Positions 1-6,115 of a stretch of 10,006 nt of DNA are shown piece after piece. Position 1 is the first letter of the stretch, and each line of letters begins with the position of its first letter. The stretch spans positions 1 to 10,006 of the forward strand of contig JBHLME010000146.1 in assembly GCA_048938445.1 (NCBI GenBank), given 5' to 3'. The translations under genes were made by a program, and so were the position numbers. The notes under the pieces were generated by a model that searched no databases, had not been told where the DNA came from, and was given only the letters and a program-made list of their open reading frames with translations. This DNA comes from Promethearchaeota archaeon. GTDB taxonomy: Archaea > Asgardarchaeota > Lokiarchaeia > Sigyniarchaeales > SOKP01.

Positions 1-2
1 AC

Positions 3-671
3 AATAATGAAATTAACCTATTAAAAAAACAAATTAAAGAGCAAGAAAAAAAACTTGAAAATTGGAGTGAAGAATTAGCAAGTTTAAATGAAAATAACGC
101 AAATTTAATGAATAAAATAAAAGAATTAAAAGAAGAATCAGACAAACAAAAAGAAATTATTGAAAATCAAGAAAAAGAAACACAAAACCTAAATCAATCT
201 CTTGAAGAAGCAGTAAAAAAAATTGAAGAATTAGAACAACAAGTTGAAGATAAAAGCGAATTACAAAAAATTGCTGAAAAATCTAATGAACTAACTAAAG
301 AAATTGGAGTAAAAGACAAAGAAATTAATAACCTCAGAGAAAAATTGCAAGAAATGGTAAAAACTAAAGAGGAAATTGATTTAGGGAATAAAGAAATTGA
401 ATCAATGAAGTTAGAAAATGAAAATTTAAGGAACGATTTTATATTTGCAGAAGAAGAAATCGAACGATTAAAGAATGAAAATGAACGTTTCTTAAATACT
501 TTTACAAATTTAAAATTGGAAATAAAACAAACTAAAGAACAACTCGAAAATCAGAACAATAATAATGAAAAATTAAAAGATGAAATCATTGACATGAAAA
601 AAGAAGTTAAAGTTTTAAGAAGGGAACGGGATCATTATAAGAATATAGTTAAAGAAAAAAATCTCCTCTAA
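3..671 (+). CDS. Long coiled-coil protein, 5'-truncated by the window edge
   Basis: The frame of ORF 108..671 stays open back to position 3 (NNEINLLKKQIKEQEKKLENWSEELASLNENNANL-M), so ATG108 is internal. E/K/N/L-rich with heptad periodicity and no Pro; ends LRRERDHYKNIVKEKNLL then TAA at 669-671. Confidence 0.85.
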   Translation, partial: NNEINLLKKQIKEQEKKLENWSEELASLNENNANLMNKIKELKEESDKQKEIIENQEKETQNLNQSLEEAVKKIEELEQQVEDKSELQKIAEKSNELTKEIGVKDKEINNLREKLQEMVKTKEEIDLGNKEIESMKLENENLRNDFIFAEEEIERLKNENERFLNTFTNLKLEIKQTKEQLENQNNNNEKLKDEIIDMKKEVKVLRRERDHYKNIVKEKNLL

Positions 672-843
672 TTTTCATTTTTACATGAAGTTTATTACCT
701 CATTATCAATGATAAAAAAGTAGATAAATTCAATTGATTACCAGTATAATTGTAAAATGTTGTTTTCACATAGATTTTTAAACTTATAGTATATATAATT
801 AATTAATATCATGCAAAAATTATTTCATTAAAATATCAAATAG

Positions 844-1308
844 GTGTTAAAAATAAGTATTGACACTAAAAGTTTCGACAATATACTTTCTAAGATAATT
901 AAGAGCGAAAGCGGAATTAAAAAGGTTATTTTAGTTGATAGAACAGGATTAACTATCGCAAGTGTATCTAAATTCTCTTATTTCCCAGCAGATGTTGATG
1001 GGATTGGTGCAATAGCAAGTGCCGTTTTTTGTGCTAGTGAAGAGCAAGGTAAAAATCTTGAGCTTGGAGATTTAGATATTGTAACGAGCGAGTTTTCTGG
1101 AGGAAAGATATTTGCGGCATCATGTGGGCCAAAAGGTGTTCTTTGTTTGATTTCCGATCCGGACATCAATATTGGTTTAATTAGACTGATTCTTAAACGC
1201 TCTGGAGATGAACTTCGTGAGATTTTAGATGAATTCCTAAGTGAGGTCCCAGAAGCATTGGATAGTGGTTTAGATCTATCCGATTTAGATGAATTAACGC
1301 CAGATTAA
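844..1308 (+). CDS. Roadblock/LC7 (MglB/LAMTOR2-like) domain protein with acidic C-terminal tail; real start may be ATA at 853
   Basis: Roadblock pattern: helix, GIKKVILVDRTGLTIAS beta-hairpin, helix DGIGAIASAVFCASEEQGKNLELG, three strands (LDIVTSEFSGGKIFAASCGPKGVLCLIS), final helix NIGLIRLILKRSGDELREIL. Confidence 0.93.
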   Translation: MLKISIDTKSFDNILSKIIKSESGIKKVILVDRTGLTIASVSKFSYFPADVDGIGAIASAVFCASEEQGKNLELGDLDIVTSEFSGGKIFAASCGPKGVLCLISDPDINIGLIRLILKRSGDELREILDEFLSEVPEALDSGLDLSDLDELTPD

Positions 1309-1411
1309 ACGTAATTTAATTTTTCTCATCTAATTTTTTAACTCGATCATATACTTTTATAAGTAATTTAGGATCATATCCTTTATATTTAGTAGATTTT
1401 TATCATAGCTT

Positions 1412-2569
1412 ATGAATATCATTAACATTTTCATTGAAATAGAACTTAAATTAAAGCAATATAAATTACAATTTTTATTTCTAGCTTTATTTTGGTTTGC
1501 TGGTTTTCTCTACTTTCTCATAACTGAAGTTGAAAAAAATATTTGGACAATATTTCTTTTATCTCTCACTATTCGTAGATCTGCAAATGTAGGAGATTTT
1601 TCAAATTTTTATACCTTAGCATTCCCGATTTTATTAGAAGTAATTGTTTTTGGATTTATTGCTGGAGAATTATTAGAAAAATATAATCCGGTTGTTACAA
1701 GTAAGATTCTCGCTAAACATAGACGAAGGCATTCAGTTATTATTGGTTATAGCCACCTAAGTGAAAGAATTATTGATTATTGCTCTAAAAATAAAAGGTC
1801 TTTTTGTATTATTGAAGATAACCAAGAATTAGTTGAAGATTTAATTAATGCAGGTTATGCAGTTGTGGTTGGTGATCCAACAGAAACTACTAATCTTATT
1901 TTTGCAAGTGTTAAGCGAGCAAAAGAAGTTTTTATAACCGTTAGTGCGGTTAGAATTGCTATAATATGTACTGAGAAGATCCGTGAATTAAATCCGGAGT
2001 GTCCTATATATGTTAGAGTGCATGAAGAACATATCCAGGAATATTTAAGAAATCCACCCTTTAATGCATATCCATTTTCAACATCTAAGTGGACAATGGA
2101 TGATATAGATAATTGGATAAAGGATAAAAAAGGGAATGCAATAGTTATTGGGAGAGACTTATTAACACATCGAATCGCTCATCACATTTCTTTGCAACCT
2201 AAGAGAGAAGTTTATCTCTTTGATGACGAGAATGATGGTATCGAATTTGTAGAAAATGAACAATTACACATAATAAATGAATTTGCTTGTTTTTTGAGTG
2301 ACTTTCGACCTCATGTAGATTTAAACACAGTTTCCCAAGTTTTTATTTGTTGGATTAAAGATTCCGAATTTGATGAAGCACTTTATCTTACATCGAAGTT
2401 CAAATTGCGATTTCCTCAAATAGAGATTTATGTACGAATTTTTGATGAAGAATTAATGGAATTGTTAAAAAATTATAATGCAATAACCTTTTCAACATCT
2501 AGCAGAGCATTTAACCTACTTCAAAACGTTGTTAAAGATAATTCAGCTATATCTCTAAAAAATTGTTAA
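1412..2569 (+). CDS. Channel-like membrane protein: two TM helices plus two tandem TrkA-N/RCK domains (Kch/MthK-like architecture, degenerate pore)
   Basis: Hydrophobic helices at about aa 19-38 and 64-88. RCK1: HSVIIGYSHLSERII...FCIIEDN...VVVGDPTETTNLIFASVKRAKEVFI...IRELNPECPIYVRV. RCK2: NAIVIGRDLLTHRIA...FKLRFPQIEIYVRIFDEE...AITFSTS. Confidence 0.85.
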   Translation: MNIINIFIEIELKLKQYKLQFLFLALFWFAGFLYFLITEVEKNIWTIFLLSLTIRRSANVGDFSNFYTLAFPILLEVIVFGFIAGELLEKYNPVVTSKILAKHRRRHSVIIGYSHLSERIIDYCSKNKRSFCIIEDNQELVEDLINAGYAVVVGDPTETTNLIFASVKRAKEVFITVSAVRIAIICTEKIRELNPECPIYVRVHEEHIQEYLRNPPFNAYPFSTSKWTMDDIDNWIKDKKGNAIVIGRDLLTHRIAHHISLQPKREVYLFDDENDGIEFVENEQLHIINEFACFLSDFRPHVDLNTVSQVFICWIKDSEFDEALYLTSKFKLRFPQIEIYVRIFDEELMELLKNYNAITFSTSSRAFNLLQNVVKDNSAISLKNC

Positions 2570-2630
2570 TTTATAATTTTTTAATATTTTTTTAATAATA
2601 TTTTTATTTTTAATAATAATTATAAAAAAA
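2570..2630. terminator. Pure A/T spacer with several T-tracts (+) and an A-tract (T-tract on -) between convergent genes; probable bidirectional archaeal terminator region
   Basis: ttataattttttaatatttttttaataatatttttatttttaataataattataaaaaaa lies between the stops at 2569 and 2632. Archaeal termination uses U-tracts. Confidence 0.5.
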
Positions 2631-2631
2631 G

Positions 2632-5013
2632 TTATGGGGATAATTGAGCATCACTCGCGTGATATTCTCCTGAACCACTGATTTCATATTTAATTTCCAG
2701 AACCTCCTCCTTTTCTAAGGATTTAATTATCCATTTTAGAGTATCAGTTCCAACCTCATCAGTAATCTCAGTTGGTTCCATTGAAAAGTTTTTATACTTA
2801 AAATTATCAGGAACCTTGTCCAATAAGATAAAATTTCTCAAGGGTATTTCACCAACATTTTGATAAGATAATATGATTTGATAATTACCTTCATTTCCAA
2901 TTGGAATTATTTCTTTTCCTACACGATATTTTCTTCTGATATGAACAACTTTAATAATTGGAATTTTTTCTGGAATTGGGATGAATTCTAATTCTGGTCC
3001 CTTTGGATAGGTATTTGCTGTGTAAATTGCATTCGTTTCAAATTCAGTATCTTTAGATGGGCTTTCAGCGTATATGGGATAAATCAATTTAATAGTCGAA
3101 TTTGGTTCAAACATTCCTGTTTGACTATCCTTTAAATTATTTAAAGTTACCTTGATTTCCTCATTATTAATAATAACTGATTCAGGATCCAAGTCAATCT
3201 CCTTTCCATCCCATAAAAGTTTTAGTTCTTCAGAATTTGGAGGTTTAAATTCATCAGTAAAGTCTTTTTGCGTGAGAGTGACCTCATTCAATGGAGCAGA
3301 ACCATTATTTTCAACAATTAATTGAGCTTCAATTTCGCTTTCCTTATAAGAAGGGATTATAATCACATTTTCTTCCTCCTCAATTCCAATTGGTAATTCT
3401 TTTGCTTCATAAGAAATCGTTCCAGTAATACTTGCTAGTACTAAATCTATATCATCTATAGCAATGATACCGTTTACGTTAGTTTGAAACGTTGGCATTA
3501 CCCTAAATTCTAACTTCTTTTTAAAGGATGGATAATTTTCACTTTCATATTCCCAATGTTCAGAAAGCCATTGTGCCCCTGCAGGAAGTCTAGGGAATTG
3601 ATCTTCAGGAAATGATATAAGATTTTGATCTGGATTAGTAGGATCATTAACATTAACATTAAAGAGTTCTATCATAAACTCAGATAGATTTTGAAATACT
3701 AAATTACAATCCCAGACTCCAGGTTCTTCATCCTTTTCAACCATATCTATGAAATATTTATTATGTGTAAATCCTTCAAATTTCTCAATTGATAATCCCC
3801 CTGAAAAAGAAGAACTCGCTTTATATGTGATATCAATCATTCCGGTTTTTACAGGATCTAAAGACTCAACAAATATATCACACGTGAATTTTAAAATCTG
3901 AGTGGTTTCAGGTTCCAATTCTTCTATTGACCAAATTATTTGATTATTATCAATCTCTGCAGAACCAATTGAACTCGATCTGATATTAACATTATTGAAT
4001 TCAGGTGGAATATTTTTTACCACTTTAACATTAGTTATTGTTTTTTCATATAAACTATGCAAAGCTACTGCAAATGTAATCTCATTTGTTTTTTTAATTG
4101 ATATACCATATGATTCCAAACTAAATTCATCAATATCCATCCCACCTTCTAGCATTTCTTCCTCTGCTTCTCTAATTTTTTCAATAATTTCATCTTTAGT
4201 AGCTTCATCGGGGATATCAATGAGATTATCTTCACAATATTCTTGCAGCTCTTCTAGAGACCATTGTTCGAACTCTTGCTTTTCTTCATCTTCTTCTTGG
4301 AATTCCACATCTTTATCTAAATCTATTAATTCTTCACTTGATTTCTCCTTCTCTTCTCCACTAGTATCATCAAAATCATCTAACTCTTCATCTATTTCTT
4401 CAAGAATTTCTTCTCCAACTTCCTCAATCTCTTCTACTGTTTCTTCAAAAATTTCTTCTTCAACTTCCGCCTTGTCTTCTACCAGCTCTTTAATTTCTTC
4501 CTCTTTAACTCCAATAGTCTCTACTTCCACATCACTAACTTTTTCTTTTAATTTAAATAAATCATTTTTAATGTCAGTAGGATTTAATATCTCATCTGCA
4601 TTGGGATTAGTATTCACGTATTCTTTTATTAAAACAAGATTTTTTATATCACCTGTTAATTGAAATTCTTGAGTATTGCTTTTCTCATCTTCATTAATTC
4701 CTAATTCTCGTATTTTTATTTCATTAGATTTAAGATTAGTACTTTCAATATTTTTAAAAACAATATCAATATCCCATAATCGATCAACTTGACTTGGATT
4801 TTCTATTGAAAGTTTACCATTAAAACCTATGGAATTGATATTACTATAATGATCTTGTTTTACATCAACTTCCTCGATAAGTTCTACTAACACTGATAAT
4901 CCTTCTTTATTACCATCTTTTAATATTACCCCTTGAGGTTGCTTTACTTGAATAGATTCAGCATATTTAGGTTCAAGGTCTATCTGCTTTTCTTCCTTTT
5001 TTTTTCGAGCCAT
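2632..5013 (-). CDS. Large acidic multi-beta-sandwich protein: putative adaptin mu-homology-like N-terminal half, Glu/Asp-rich insert with HeH/SAP-like motif, C-terminal DUF11/TRAP-beta-like Ig domains
   Basis: 793-aa ORF with SD-like TAGGT ending 7 nt before ATG. No signal peptide or TM helix. Repeated Ig-type motifs ([36 protein letters not shown]...[20 protein letters not shown]). The CDS call is secure; the fold calls are by eye. Confidence 0.85.
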   Translation of the reverse strand: [793 protein letters not shown]

Positions 5014-5035
5014 TTTAACTACCTAAATTGGATAT

Positions 5036-5103
5036 TTCGTAATATACGAATTATTAGATTACCTTAATAATTTTATCTAGCCTATTAAATTAGTATTTAT
5101 AAA
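5036..5103 (-). promoter_or_regulatory. Putative promoter of the 793-aa gene: TATA-like TTTATAAA (5096-5103) and palindrome TTCGTA-ATA-TACGAA (5036-5050)
   Basis: The TATA-like octamer is about 80 nt upstream of ATG5013. A perfect 6-3-6 inverted repeat lies between it and the SD. Confidence 0.4.
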
Positions 5104-5113
5104 TTATAAATAG

Positions 5114-5138
5114 AAAAAAAATGGAAGAATTTCCTATT
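5114..5138 (-). terminator. Short hairpin plus T-run downstream of the interrupted membrane-protein gene
   Basis: The minus strand reads aaataGGAAattcTTCCa followed by a T-run (A-tract 5114-5121 on +), immediately after the TAA at 5139-5141. Confidence 0.45.
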
Positions 5139-5980
5139 TTAATGGTCCTCAACGTATATTTTTTTCATCAAATTATTTATAGTGGCATATCTTTACGCAC
5201 CAAGAAATAGTATATTGGTATTAAAAATATAATTAGTCCAATAATCATTCCAATAATCGCATTAGTTGTTAAAGCTAAAAATCCCCAACAAATAAATGAA
5301 GCTATAATCGCTCCACCTAAACCAATTCCAAATATTCCAAATAGTACTAAACCAAGAACTTTTATTTTGCTTTTAGGAGCTATATCTTTAATTAAATCAT
5401 TCTCTTTGTATCCTTTAAATAGCTAATTCAAAGGAAACCAAATCATTGGAGGTAATATAATTATAACCATTACATATAGAGTAATTGCAACGCTACTATA
5501 AGTAAAAGTGATAATATCTACGAATAATCCTGTTTGAAATAGAGCACCAATTTTTTGTGAAGGATCCTAAAAAAATCTTTGAGCGCCAGTTCCATCACAT
5601 CCATAAGCTAAGATGAAAAACATAATGAAATATCCGATGATTGTTTGAAGAAGAGCGAAGTTTAATTTGCCTTTTTTAATTAAATAATAGGTAATATTAT
5701 ATCCTACTATACCCATTAAGATATTTGTAGCTGCCGCAAAGACCGTAACCCACGTTGGTACATCAATACGAGAGGAGAAGATATGCATACTCTCCCGGTG
5801 AGGAAATTCTCAAAGTAAATAGGTTGCTGTTGGAACAAAGAAAATTGCAAAATAAAACACTGTAAATAAGAAATATTTTGATTCATACCATTTTCTCTCA
5901 CCATTTTTAATCTGATTATATGCAGAAAATCCAAACATTGCGCCTATCGCATAAACCCAAAATACATCGACTTGTATCAT
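5139..5980 (-). pseudogene. Multi-pass membrane protein gene (MIQVDVFW... uncharacterised family) interrupted by three in-frame stops and a probable terminal 1-nt deletion
   Basis: Manual translation from ATG5980 stays in one frame for 267 codons: MIQVDVFWVYAIGAMFG...PTATYLL*(TGA 5810-5812)EFPHRESMHIF...YFIMFFILAYGCDGTGAQRFF*(TAG 5567-5569)DPSQKIG...SSVAITLYVMVIIILPPMIWFPLN*(TAG 5423-5425)LFKGYKE...LVLFGIFGIGLGGAIIASFICWG...IPIYYFLVRKDMPL*(TAA 5177-5179). A shifted frame continues NNLMKKIYVEDH* to 5139. ORF-track entries 5810..5992 and 5567..5788 are pieces of this gene. Confidence 0.85.
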
Positions 5981-6022
5981 TTCATAAATCACATTTTATT
6001 AATTTATTACGTTTAAAAATTT

Positions 6023-6072
6023 TCAACGTTTGACAATATTTAAAGGTTAATAGTAATTTACAACTGTAATTT
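6023..6072. promoter_or_regulatory. Divergent promoter region with TATA-like TTTAAA (6039-6044) and operator-like repeats
   Basis: TCAA-cgt-TTGA (6023-6033), TTACA-ac-TGTAA (6058-6069) and direct repeat GTAATTT (6053-6059, 6066-6072) lie in the 135-nt gap between ATG5980(-) and ATG6116(+). Confidence 0.4.
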
Positions 6073-6115
6073 CCATTTTAATATTTAATAGAACTATAAG
6101 GGAGTAGAAATAAAC

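Noticed and set aside
108-110. ATG108 as start of the coiled-coil gene, and an SMC/ESCRT-III/tropomyosin assignment
   Set aside because: The frame is open to the window edge, and only generic coiled-coil composition is visible, with no diagnostic motif.
703-715. Palindrome TTATCA-A-TGATAA resembling a Fur-type box
   Set aside because: The arms are in the reverse orientation to the Fur consensus, there are no metal-related neighbours, and it is likely by chance in about 75% AT DNA.
978-1169. 63-aa minus-strand ORF
   Set aside because: Fully antisense within the well-supported Roadblock gene; no recognisable features.
2570-2630. Repeated TTTTTAATA units as a tandem repeat or CRISPR-like array
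   Set aside because: Low-complexity A/T with no constant repeat-spacer structure; explained as terminator T-tracts.
3995-4663. 222-aa Ser-rich ORF on the + strand
   Set aside because: Antisense shadow of the Glu/Asp-rich region of the 793-aa gene (GAA runs read as TCT/TTC); TTG start and fully nested.
5810-5812. TGA as a selenocysteine codon
   Set aside because: The context YLL*EFP fits Trp rather than Cys or a redox motif, no convincing SECIS was seen, and two further TAG stops would remain unexplained.
5716-5934. 72-aa minus-strand ORF in an alternative frame, considered as a frameshift bypass of the TGA at 5810
   Set aside because: Sequence on both sides of the TGA is protein-like in the main frame, so no frameshift is needed, and this translation does not resemble the family.
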